The translations under genes and the position numbers were made by a program. Positions 27,145 to 39,665 of a stretch of DNA of 64,000 bases are shown piece after piece. Each line of letters starts with the position of its first letter. Within the stretch, counting starts at the first letter, position 1. Source of the stretch: Mytilus edulis (lineage: Eukaryota); assembly GCF_963676685.1 (NCBI RefSeq), contig NC_092356.1, positions 32,798,001 to 32,862,000 on the forward strand, written 5' to 3'. The notes below the pieces were generated by a model. The model was given only the letters and a program-made list of their open reading frames with translations. It made no database searches and was not told the origin of the DNA.

Positions 27145-27335
27145 ATGTTTTTTTCGGTCTATGCATCCGTTCGTTCGTTCGTTCGTCCGTCCGTTCGTTA
27201 GTTTGTCCGTCCATTCGTCTGTCCGTTTCAGGTTAAAGTTTTTGGTAGTTTTTTGATGAAGTTGAAGTCCAATCAACTTGAAACATTGACAATTATAGTG
27301 CGAATGGGGCATCCGTGTACTATGGACACTTTTTT
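27145..27335 (+). repeat. Short Helentron/HINE-like element with (TTCG/TCCG)n microsatellite
   Basis: CCGTTCGTTCGTTCGTTCGTCCGTCC tract followed by a GC-richer 3' end with hairpin GTGTACTATGGACAC. Confidence 0.5.
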
Positions 27336-27791
27336 GTTGGACCCTGGAGTTGATATCACTCAGGAAATATGGAAGAATACGGGTCAATCGCCAAACAATA
27401 TCAAGCCCTACTAAGGAAAATGTGATGGTGACTTTATGTCGATCTGCTGTCATGATACAAGATCAATTGCTATAAATCGACAATTAATTTTGCAATTTGA
27501 GAGGCAATGAATCGAGCTGAGATAAAGTCATTGAAAACGATTTTTTTTCCCACATTTATTTATATATAATATATATACGACTGTGTAAGAAGTAATGTAC
27601 ATTTGTAGAACTCTATATATCAGTATGAACGATTTTTAAATGGAGTGAAGTCGGCGAATGTCTTACCATAAACCAACCCTAAATGAAAAAGATAAGATAA
27701 TTAAAATATAAATATCGAAAGTGATATATATAAATCAGAGTGTCAGTTTAATATATTTTAAGAAAAAGTGCAAAAGTGTTTATATGTATGT

Positions 27792-27920
27792 TCATCTGGG
27801 CCTTAGATTGCCGTTGTCATCTGGGCCTTAGATTGCCGTTGTCATCTGGGCCTTAGATTGCCGTTGTCATCTGGGCCTTAGATTGCCGTTGTCATCTAGG
27901 CCTTAGAATGCCGTTGTCAT
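27792..27920 (+). repeat. 25-bp tandem repeat, 5 copies, with a sixth split by the Harbinger element
   Basis: TCATCTGGGCCTTAGATTGCCGTTG at 27792, 27817, 27842, 27867 and 27892. The sixth unit resumes at 31761 (CTGGGCTTTAGATTGCCGTTG). Confidence 0.95.
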
Positions 27921-30539
27921 CAGTAGCCCTTTTCACAAAAAATCTTAAGATATATTTTACTCTTAAGAGTAATCTTAAGATTTTTAGGTTTTTCACAAAA
28001 AATCTTAAGTAAATCTTAAGAGTAAAAACTATCGTAACTTTAAGAGTGCTATTACCCACTCTTAAGTATATATTTTACACTTAAGAGAAATCTTAAGAGA
28101 AATATAAGAATATAAGAATTTAAAATGGCTGCTATATATTTCTTTTTAATATTATAAACAGATCGAAGAGCTTTAAGAAGAGATCACGTTTTTCGGGACC
28201 GGACCGACGACCTTGATTTGTTAAATAATGGCCATTCAATTGCACGGTATCGTTTCCCAAAGCAGTCTATTTGGATGATTTAGAGATGTCATTAAAAGAA
28301 CTCCCAACAAATCAAATGCAATCCCTTCCCATATTCAAGATGTATAACAAGACTAACAACACAAATCAAACGTATCTTCCGTCTTGTAGTTAAATGTGCA
28401 AATTTGGTGTTCTCTACCACGTCCGCTATGGAGTGAAACATTGCAAATTATGTTACGCCAATCCCGAACACTTACACACAAGCAAGACTAAAAGGTTGTA
28501 CATATATTAAGAACGTTTAAGATCAATAAACCTATTTTCCAAAGCCTTAAATTTGTCAGTCTGATTATTGTACACACAGTTTCAGAAATGGTCACATTTG
28601 GGATGAGATATGAGGGTACTCGAAAAAAGGGGGAATTGTCCGATGACCTGTTTTTCAAACTACCTTTATTCAATCCATTTCAACTGCACATTTGCGTACA
28701 AATGATTTCATATTCGGGTTTTATTAATTAGAACAACAACAGTGCATGCTTATCCGATTTAGAAATGTAGTAGTTGCTTTCAAAGCCGGACATATAATTT
28801 ATTATTACAAATTTAATTCAATGTTACTGTTTCAGTCATGTTTAAAAAGGTAATACATTGCTTCTTAAATGTTTGTTTACAATTAAAAGACATGATGGGT
28901 TTCATGAAAACACTTGGTATTCTGCATATCTGACATTAATTTCCATATACAACTTATACAAGGTACATTATATATGTACGTCCTATGTCCTTGCTTAGAG
29001 CTGAAGAATAACTTCTCAAAAATAGGATCAGACATATTGATAACGAGTGAAAATCACAATAATAATCGACGACATTAAAAATAAAAAACAGATAGAAAAC
29101 CTATAACCATTAACTAATAAATCTGGGAATGTTGTCATCTAAAATTTAACAAAGCTTCCACTGACTAAAGTGTCTTCTTTTCAATAAATATTATTATAGA
29201 ACGATATATATATAATACTATTCATAATAGGAACAGATTAAAAAAAAAAGGCAAAAGATACAAACAGTTCAATTAAGCTCAAAGGTCGAAAACAAAACAA
29301 TAATACTATGACGAGTAATAAAAAAAACCACACAGGTCTCCACTTACCCTAACATAAAAAAAACTTAAAAACTGATCAGCAACACCCCTCTCTCCTCCCC
29401 CCCCCCCCCAAAAAAAAACAAACTAGGGTGATCTCAGGTGCTTGTTTTTAAGCAATGATGGCTTTCATTATACTGCATGCATTGAAGACATATTGGTGAC
29501 CTTCTGCTGTTGTCCGTTCTATGGTCGAGTTGTTGTCTCTTTCACACATTCCCTATTTCCATTCTCAATTTAATTTTTTAGTATGTATAGTTGTTTTATC
29601 AAAATTCACGCTAAATCAACACAATGTTTTTTGAAAATATATGGATTTTGTCCAGTGTCCCATCGTGATACTTGATTATTAACGGCGCAGATATATATAT
29701 ATATATGATTCATCCGTTTAAAGCAACGTTTCCATTCACTTTAGCTCTCGCAATTTCCAGTGCTGAGTACACTACTTGCAATATCCCGTGTACAAATTGT
29801 TAATCACATACAGTCATACAGATGTTCAATCCGTCCAAGCATATATATCCCAAGTTGACAAAATCTTTGAAAAATCTTGCAAGTTGCAGTGCGTAATTTC
29901 TGCGACAGTTATGTTCTGAATAGGCAGTGGAGTTTTGATATTTTGCCGGTCTTAATTAAGATTTTAATAGAAGTATAGAAGTATAGACATAAAGAATAAA
30001 AAAAAAAAAGAAACATACAGGGAATCTCTATACCAAAATGTCTTCTTTAAAAAACTATCTAAATTGATATTCTTTACTTTTAGAATAAGTAGTCTCTAAA
30101 AATGTGTATTTTTTAAATATCTAAAAATCTTTAGCATAAACATTAAAATTGATACTACATGTAGTACTTTTTTCTTTGATAGGAAGACTATTATAGTAAC
30201 ACCCAACAACTTCAAACTGCTTGACGAGCGTTACAAAACCAGTGCCTTGCTTTTTTGTGATTTTCTTTTGAGTCTAGCACCAGAAAGGTGCTGCCGCTGC
30301 AGACATGAACTATACATAACACTTGTTTCTTTTGCGTCTGCATCACTTTTGTAGTCTAGACTGAAACTCATAATTCACTTGCCCTAAAAGTATATAAAGC
30401 AACAGAAAAAAATAACTCTAAATCCTATTGATATTAAAATGTATTTAAAACCATTCAAGAGAGAATCAACGATATAGCCGTCCAGAAGCAAGAGACTGAC
30501 ACTAATCAAACTAAACAAATTAAACTTTTTTAATATACT

Positions 30540-30800
30540 ATATAAACCTGGTAGAAAACCCTCGTATGTTGATCAATGCAAATCCAAAAGTCATAGATCG
30601 ACATTATGTAGATTAAGGTTAAGTGCTCATACTTTATCTATTGAAAGAGGGCGATATATAAAAATACCAAAGCAGAGTAGGGTATGTCTTTGCTGCAACA
30701 ATGGAGACATTGAAGATGAACTACACTTTCTTTTAAAATGTTCATCCTATAACTATATGAGAGATAACCTCATCAAAAAATTAAATAATAATCTATTGAA
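30540..30800 (+). mobile_element. 3' fragment of a non-LTR retrotransposon (RTEX-like) nested in the Harbinger element
   Basis: RLRLSAHTLSIERGRY..IP..SRVCLCC..GDIEDELHFLLKC..Y...R, a C-terminal CCHC module. Confidence 0.85.
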
Positions 30801-30917
30801 CAACAATTTACCTTCTTTATAATATACTTGACTTCTGTAATAATGTATATATGCTTCTCTTTTATTTTATATATTTCTCGCATAGTTATCCGCTGTCACT
30901 TCTTCATTGTATATGTT

Positions 30918-31022
30918 CCGGACCATATGAGTATTTGGAACATACGCGTATGGTCAGACCATATGAGTATTATACTCGTTTGGTTATTAACGGGCCGGAC
31001 CATATGAGTATTTCGACCATAG
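30918..31022 (+). repeat. Short repeat fragment built of GACCATATGAGTAT units
   Basis: Three GACCATATGAGTAT copies plus CATACGCGTATG. Confidence 0.6.
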
Positions 31023-32714
31023 GTATTTTTTTTTTCAAATATGCGATAAAAACGTTCAATAATACAATAAACTGACCCGTCATTTTTTTAAGATACAGAC
31101 TGTATCTTAAAAAAAATGACGGGTACGTATAAAAAATGTATTAATTTTACAATTCACAGGCTACAAAAACATTAAATATAGATGTTGATCTTAGTATTCA
31201 TCGCTAATTGTATTCTTGCGTGTATGCTTAAAATGACATTTACTTCCACACGGTACCATAGCTTTCTTGCATTTGCACGTCTTGTTTGTTCACGAACATT
31301 TTCCGATACACCTTTTACTGTTTTACTTGCGAGTGACAATCTAACATATTTATAATATTGTTTTCCGATTTACTCACTCATTACATATATAATCGTGCAC
31401 CGGAATGTGCCGGTGGTGTACTACATATTGATGCAGCGTGTAATACATATTATACGTATTGTTTTCTTTTTCGTAGGTTTTGACAACACTGTAATTTGAG
31501 AAAATTGGCAAAGGGGCGACTATAAGTGATAATCGGAAGTCGTCATTGCGCATGTGAAACGAAAGTAAAACAAGGTTGCTATGCAATTGTTTATCTTACG
31601 ATTAGTCGTAAGCTCTTACTTAAGATAAAAACTTAAGAATACTCTTAAGATAAAAAATAATCTTACGACCGCCTTCGTGAAAATGACTTAAGATTTCTCT
31701 TACGATACTCGTAAGATTAAATCTTAAGATTTATCTTAAGATTTTTTGTGAAAAGGGCTACTGGGCTTTAGATTGCCGTTGAATACAATATCACATACAA
31801 TTGCAAATTTTACATCTTTTGCAGATTTTTTTTCTAGCAAAAGGACAGAAATTTGTTGCAAATGTCCAGACGAAAGGGACATTCAAGTTGTATTTAACCT
31901 TCACATTCTGACCAGACATGACCATGTTTTAATAATCTGTTCACCCTTTAGGTTTTGATTTAAATTGGCGGGTGTTTTTTTTAACATAAAGCCGTAAAAT
32001 TGACCGTATTTGTACATCAATTATAATGATTTCAAGCCTCATTTGGTTAAACATGTATTTTTTCATATACATGTATTGTTTAATTTGTAAGATTTTCAAA
32101 ACAATGATTCCTTGCCATGATATTATTGTAATAATGGTAATTTATTGTAAAATATTTGAATATAAAAATTTCAATATTTCGAATTAAGCTTAAGATTTCT
32201 CAAATAATTATAATAAATTATAAACGCCACCATTTTAAAGGTACAAGTATATATTTTTTTAAATAATATAAACACAAAAGCAATACCGTAACAGTATCAT
32301 ATATTACCGTGTCGTCTTTGAAGTAAAATACTTACCATTTCAGTGCAAATAAATGATGGTTTGACAGCTTAAACACTTTGTACCATTTCCTCAAGTAAAT
32401 ATGACTTGTTCTTTTCTAATGTCCACTTAAACTATCTAATTGAATAATTGAATTCACACTAAATTGTCCTTAAAACACAATATTAGGTCATCTACAACTG
32501 CGTGTAAAATTTGAATTAAATTACCATAAGAAACGGTTTATTTTTGTACTGCCTACATCTTTTTATCTGCCGCTAAAATACAGGTGAAATATGTTTGCGG
32601 TTAAGGAATAGTGGGCATCAGGGCGCATTGCATTTGCGCCAATATTTACAAAATACAATCTTTCATTTGCGCCACAAGGTTAATATATTTCATTTGCGCC
32701 ACATAAAAAAACAA

Positions 32715-33190
32715 TGATTGTAAGGTGTATATAACTGTCTGACAGGTATCATCTATCCTTGACCTTATTTTCATGGTTAAGTTTGTTTCTTAGATACTAT
32801 AAGCAATAGGTCAACTATAATTAATGCATATATTGATTGTAAGGTGTACATGTCTGTCTGGTATGGTTCATCTGACCTTGCCCTTATTGTCATGGTTCAT
32901 TGGTCAATGTTTAGTTTTCCTGGTTAAGTCTGTTTCTTAGGCACTATAAACAATAGGTCAACTATATTTAGTGTATTGAATGATTGTAAGGGGTACATGT
33001 ATTTCCCGTTTTGGTTTATCTGACCTTGACCTCATTTTCTTGGATCATGTAAACCTTGACCTCATTTTCTTGGATCATGTTAAGTTTATGTGATACTTGT
33101 GGTAAAACTCTATACTTACATGTAGGACTATCAGCATAATGGTTATGGTCAGTAAAGAACGCGAGACATTTCAGCGTGTGCCCTCTTGTT
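32715..33190 (+). repeat. Helentron/HINE-like fragment with internal tandem units
   Basis: Repeated TGATTGTAAGG.GTA and GACCTTGACCT.ATTTTC blocks; 3' end GCGAGACATTTCAGCGTGTGCCCTCTTG. Confidence 0.5.
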
Positions 33191-33914
33191 AATTTTGTAT
33201 CCAAAAACCAGTTTCCATAATATCTATACATTTTTAGTTACTATGACTTGAACTTGGATATGTAACCTTAAATCTTGTATTTTACCATATAATGATCCAA
33301 TTATGATTGCAATCCCATTATTGTATTTTTTTTTAGCATGAAAACCACTTTTTGCTTAGATTAAGTCTTTTTTTTTGTAAGTTACTATGCGGTATGGGGT
33401 TTGCTCATCCTTGAAGGTCGTATGGTGACTTATAGTTGCTAATTTATATACTCGTTTTTCCTGTGTGTGTTTGTGTTAAAACTGATAGTCGAATATATTC
33501 TATGTTTTTTCCGTCCTATATATGCATGGTATATTTGCCACTTTAATTATACCAACAACCAAAAAACCATGTAAGCAGCCATCCAAATAATCAATCAATA
33601 ACTTTAGATCTGGAAATGACGCGAGTTTTCCACATGATAATCTTGTTTAACTAATTGTAGTTCAATTAGTCGAAGTGAAATCATGTACAATTTAATAAAA
33701 TGATAGCATATTTTAACGTTGTAATTAAACCGTGATACTGGTTTCAATTGCGATTATAACACGAATCTCATGTTATGCAGTTTGCTATACACGTGTAATA
33801 ACACAATATGATTTGTGAGGAATTCGACATTGCAGTCTCTGTGATAATTATTTTATTCTCCTTATCAATCAAATAGTTAGTATAAGAATCTTCGTAGGAC
33901 ATCAAACCGTGAGT

Positions 33915-34960
33915 TATCAGGGTTTTTCCATGTGAAGTCGGAGTTCGTCAAGGGGAAAATTTATCTCCTTTCTTATTTTCTGTATTTCTTTCGGACCTTG
34001 AGACTTTTTTCCGTGAAAATGGTATATCAGGACTCCAAACCGTATCACAAAAATCTTTAGAACACCTGAATATGTTTTTGTTGTTATTTATTCTATTGTA
34101 TGCTGATGATACAATAATATTAGCTGAATCAGCAACAGCACTGCAAAAGTGTTTAGATGTATTTGAACAATATTGTAATATTTGGAAACTTTCAGTAAAT
34201 GTTGAAAAAACTAAAGTGATGGTATTCTCTAAAAGAAAGTACGTTATGATGGATAATTTTAAACTATATGGTTCAATTATTGAAAGAGTGGAGTCGTACC
34301 CCTATCTTAGTTTGCTTTTAAACTAAAATGGGAAATTTGTAATAACGAAAAAGAAGTAAGCAGAACAAGGACAGAAAGCACTTTATGCTCTATATAGAAA
34401 GATTAGGAATATATCTATTCCAGTAGATCTACAGCTTGAGCTATTTGATTCTTTAATTGATCCTATACTTTTATACGGGAGCGAAATTTGGGGATATGAA
34501 AAATTAGACATATTGGAAACGGTGCACTTGAAATTTTTTAAGAAGGTGCTCTCTGTCCGAAGATCAACGCCAAACTTCATGGTGTACGGCGAAACAGGTA
34601 GATATCCACTAGACATACATGTAAAACTATGTATACTTAATTTTTGGGTAAAACTACTTTCGAATGATTCTAAACTGTCTAGTATTATGTATAAGTTACT
34701 GTATGAAATGAATTGTTCAGGAAATATGCAATCAAAATGGTTATTAAATGTGAAATCTTTACTGAATGATATAGTATAAAATATTACGTTAAACAAATCT
34801 AACAAGACCAATTTGTACAAAATGGCACAGTATCGCTGGAAGTGCCTTGAGAGGGGAACTTTGCTTATCATTTAAAAGGGATTTCTGTCTTGAAGGCTAC
34901 TTGATGAATCTAAATAAACAACGCAGAGTACACTTGAGTAAACTGCATTGTTCAAATTTT
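33915..34960 (+). mobile_element. 5'-truncated, decayed RTEX-like LINE (RT fragment)
   Basis: GVRQGENLSPFLF, LLYADDT, LSVNVEKTKVMVF, PILLYGSEIWG, HLKFFKKVL.V.RSTPN.MVYGETGRYPL, with internal stops. Confidence 0.9.
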
Positions 34961-37930
34961 ATAATCCAATTAATCATATGATATATATATGTGACGATAT
35001 GTGTATTTGTTTGGATCGTTTAAATCATGTGTCAAACAACCATATGTGACGGTGTGTTTGATGGCTTATATCAAATAATTGACCTGTATATATGTTTTTT
35101 TTCAATTTTTGTTTTGTTATTATACCACTTTTGTCAAGCTGTATATAATGTATATCTGCCTCTTGTAACAGTGTAAACTGTCAGAGTGTACAATCAAATC
35201 TTGTTACAAATCTTAATGTAGTGGCAGCAGACTGTAGATTCAATAATTTTTTTTTCTCACGGAACTATTTTTTATGCTAGCTACTAAAAATACGGTGTAA
35301 ATGTAATACATTTATTATGAATATTACACTAAATAAAATGAAAATGTATTTTCTGTACTAAATATATAAAACATGTTTAATTGTTTGGCCTTGGGAAATC
35401 ACTCAAATATCTGAAAAATAATTTTGCTCCAGCACTTTGTCAGCAAGCGATTCTTTCGTGGAAAGTACACCAGCTGACAATCCATTCTTTCGTGGAAAGT
35501 ACACCAGCTGACAAGCCACTATGCTCAACTTGAACAACACAACTGACGAAAGAATGACAAAGCGAAGCTTCATCTGACGGCCCCTGCGTAGCAGTGGACC
35601 TGCCCCCGCATGACGGTGGGCTACAATGTTTTCAAGTGTTGAGTTGAGGTTGGAGATGTTAAATGAAAAATGCTTGGAAAATGAATGAAAATTATGAATG
35701 ATAAGTGAAATATTTCAAAAGGTTCACTTGTTGAGTTCTTTCCCTTTTCATTGACATATTGAAGGTAAATCATGAGGTGGGGGAGAATGGAGGTTGTTTT
35801 GAGAATAAGTTTTAAAAGCTGTTGTCACAATGAGCAATTACTAAGACTGTGATTCAACTTGTGTTTCACGTAACATATTAATTATAAAACTGGAAGCACG
35901 CAACTTTTTCTAACAAATATGTTTTGTGACCTCTTAACCGATATTTAATGTCGAATAACGAATTATGCAGAAACGGGTTAAGAAAAGTCAACAACACCAT
36001 TTAACAGCTGGGAATAATCAACTCGTCTATAGCTATAAACCATGATTAATTTATGCAATTCTATAATCTACCACTATTACGTCATTAGGTCTTGGAGAGT
36101 TGTCTCAATTGCAATCACATTTATATATTTTTTTAGCCAGAGTGCCCTAAGAGAACCACCGATTTACGGTAGAAAACTGACAATCGGTACGAAAGATGAA
36201 TTTTTGTTTACAAAATATATTTCTTTTTTAAATTATTGTTCATTATAATTATGTGCAGTTTCTTTTAAGGCAAAACAAATAGTTTGTTTCCTGTTGCATG
36301 CTCCTAAAAAATAAAATTGGAAGGTCAAGGTATTATTCCATTAACCTTTTAAATTAGTCTTATCATGAAATTCGTTGAACAGTTGTTTAAAGGTCTTTGA
36401 GAGTGTGAAACTGTCATAAAACGCTTGCATATCATGTTATCAGTAAAGAAAATTATATATATTGATCATGGTAATTCAGTTAAGTTTCATTTAAGACCAA
36501 CCAAAGAAAATAGGAGAGTTTTGCATGCTCCCAAAAAAATCATGAAGATCTTTGAACAGTTGTTCAAATAATTTTGAGTGTAGAACTTTTATGAAACGTT
36601 TCTATATCAGGTTTATGGGTGTCACATGTGGAGCAGGATCTGTTTACCGTTAATAATTTCCGGAGCACCTGCTATCACCCCCAGTTTTTGTTAGGGTTCG
36701 TGTTGCTTAGTCTTTAGTTTTCTATGTTTTTTTCTATGTGTTTTGTGTACTATTGTTTGTCTATTGGTCTTTTTTTCTTTTTTTAGCCATGGCGTTGTCT
36801 GTTTATTTTCGACATATGAGTTTGAATATCCCTCTATTATCTTTCGTCTCTCTCTCTTATGGTTCCATTTCATCAACTGAACTGTGAGCACACCCGTTAT
36901 CTTTGGCATGACATAGAGCTTGTCATATCTGCACACTACCGTAACAGTTCGCATGTATATCATAAACGCCTCAAGAATCCCTGATATTGCATGGGAAAAA
37001 ATTCACAAAACAGGAGAAGGTATACTATGAAAAAATGTACGAAAAATAGATTTAGATAATTTAAAAGTCTGGAAGAGGTCAATGTCAATCTAGAATTTTT
37101 CAGAAAATTGGATTATACCAAAACATCCACAATCATATTCATCCATCGTGTGAGTCGAATTAAATTTACGCTTTCCTAAGAAAAAGTGTCAATTCAATTA
37201 CGATTAACAGAAAGAAGATTTCCGATTATGTTATTATGATGATTGTAAGAAAATTTCTATAATGAATAATTCTTTACTAAACCGAACCCTAGGCATTAAA
37301 AGATTATAAATATCAATGAGAGAAGATGTGTGGTATACGCCAATAAAAGAAATTGAGACAAAAACCATTAATCAAACTTTCTTCATTTTTAATAAGTTAC
37401 TATATACACTACGGAATAATTCCAAGATGTAAGATTAACCTAGATGTGTTACTAGTAAAGTTTTTTTGTTATGCAGAGATTGCCGGAAAACAGCCGTGTC
37501 TTAACTTGATTTAATATATGTAAAACCTTAATTATCGAGACTTAGGAATAGCAAAATCTCGCTTCATTTATTTTTTATTTGATCAATTTTGTGATGAACA
37601 AATATAAATTAAGCCTGCCGGTGAAATGCAGTTCCGCGAGGTTATCACCTTCTTGGTAGCCAATAATTCTCAGTACTAATATGTAAATACGGATATTTTT
37701 GTATTGAAATTTGTTGTTTCAAACTTTTTGAAATCCTTTTAAATTCCGGAATGTATTTATTTCTCTTATGCAAAGCCCGCATTTTTGTCCGGTTTGGTCG
37801 GCTTCGCATTTGGTCTTTCTGGTTTTATCATCACTCCAACGTTTGGTTTAGGTTTTGGATTTTCAAAGGTTTAAGCCTCAAACAACCTGGAAAGTAACAT
37901 AAATTTGTCATTTCAGAATTTGATTAAAAC

Positions 37931-38415
37931 AAAATTGAGAATGGAAATGGGGAATATGTCAAAGAGACAACAACCCGACCAAAGAGCAGACAACAACCGA
38001 AGGCCACCAATGGGTCTTCAACGCAGCGAGAAAATCCCGCACCCGGAGGTGGTCCTCAGCTGGCCCCTTAATAAAATTGTGTACTTGTTCAGTGAAAATG
38101 GACGTCACACTAAAATTGAAATAACATACAAGACTAAAAAAAGGCCAGAGGCTCCTAACTTGGAACAGGCGCAAAAATGCGGCGGGGTTAAACATGTTTT
38201 GTGAGATCTCAACCCACCCCCTATACCTCTAGCCAATGTAGAATAAAGAAACACATAGCAATACGCACAGTAAAACTCAGTTTAAAAGAAGTCCGAGTCC
38301 GATGTCAGAAAAGGTAACAAAAGAAACTAAGCAAAATGACAGGACTACTAGCAGTTACTGAAAAGCCAGCTCCAGACTTCAATTAAACTGATTGAAAGAT
38401 TATGTCTTCATCATA
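37931..38415 (+). repeat. Interspersed repeat; second copy at 40625-40945
   Basis: AAAATTGAGAATG.AAATGGG.AAT.T.TCAAA.AGACAACAACCCGACC...GGCGGGGTTAAA.ATGTTTTGTGAGATCTCAACCC is near-identical in both places. Its distal part also occurs at about 23375-23500. Confidence 0.8.
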
Positions 38416-38769
38416 TGCATACTGGGTAGTATTTCAAAAGTTTACACAAAAACGTCATGATTGGTTAAATACGTTTTTAACAATGGAAATTCGACCAATG
38501 ACGTGACGTTATGCTTATTGTAGGGTACGAGCAATACAATTATAGTCCTTTAGATTCTGAAACGGCCATACATATCTATTGCAATAAATTTAGTACCTTT
38601 AATGTTATAAGAATTTGAGAAAGTTTCGATTAATTTTGAATTGTGGATTAAAATTGGTACCCCAGATAAAGCAATGACAAACTTATTGATCTACTTAGGG
38701 AAACCTCCACATTAATTCTGGTATTCTGACAACCACCAACACAGTATGGAAAGGTATAAACTACCCACA

Positions 38770-39665
38770 CATTATAGACAGTCACTGACAACCCAGTAAA
38801 TACATAGTATAGTTTTAGACTGACAACCATCAACACAGTATAGACAGTCACTGACAATAGAGTAAAGACATAGTATAGTTTTGGATTGACAACCATCAAC
38901 ACAGTATAGACAGTCACTGACAATCCAGTAAAGACATAGTATAGTTTTGGACTGACAACCATCAACACAGTATAGACAGTCACTGACAGTCCAGTAAAGA
39001 CATAGTATAGTTTTGGACTGACAACTATCAACACAGTATAGACAGTCACTGACAATAGAGTAAAGACATAGTATAGTTTTGGACTGACAACCATCATCAC
39101 AGTATAGACAGTCACTGACAATCCAGTAAAGACATAGTACAGTTTTGGACTGACAACTATCAACACAGTATAGACAGCCACTGACAATCCAGTAAAGACA
39201 TAGTATAGTTTTGGACTGACAATCATCAACACAGTATAGACAGTCACTGACAACCCAGTAAAGACATAGTATAGTTTTGGTCTGACAACTATCAACACAG
39301 TATAGACAGCCACTGACAACCGAGTGTAAACAGTCTGCCAACTGAAAACACTGTATTGACAGGATATGACAACAAGTTACACAGTATAGACAGTCACTGA
39401 CAACCCAGTAAAGACATAGTATAGTTTTGGACTGACAACTTTCAACACATTATAGACAGCCACTGACAACCGAGTGTAAACAGTCTGCCAACTGAAAACA
39501 CTGTATTGACAGGATATGATAAGAAGTTACAAAGTATATTTATATGGAACATATATTATATACATAATTGAACACCCAGTAAAGACATGGTATAGTTTTT
39601 GAATGACAAATATCAACACAGTTTAGACAGCCACTGACAACCCAGTAAAGACATTCTGCCAACTG
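38770..39665 (+). repeat. 69-bp minisatellite with a 138-bp higher-order variant at the 3' end
   Basis: Unit CAGTATAGACAGTCACTGACAATCCAGTAAAGACATAGTATAGTTTTGGACTGACAACCATCAACA.. repeated about 8 times, then mixed with a CGAGTGTAAACAGTCTGCCAACTG block at 39321 and 39471. Confidence 0.95.

Larger units (their letters stand above)
27924..31760 (+). mobile_element. Decayed PIF/Harbinger DNA transposon
   Basis: TIRs TAGCCCTTTTCACAAAAAATCTTAAGA / TCTTAAGATTTTTTGTGAAAAGGGCTA with many subterminal TCTTAAGA palindromes. 3-bp flanks CAG and CTG. HARBI1-like N-terminus MAA...RRALRRDHVFRDRT..LD......ARYRFPKQSI...PTNKSNAIP.HIQ at about 28125-28340. Confidence 0.85.

Noticed and set aside
27792-27920. CRISPR-like short direct repeats
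   Set aside because: Units are directly adjacent with no spacers, there are no cas genes, and the context is eukaryotic. The same applies to the 39-bp and 69-bp arrays.
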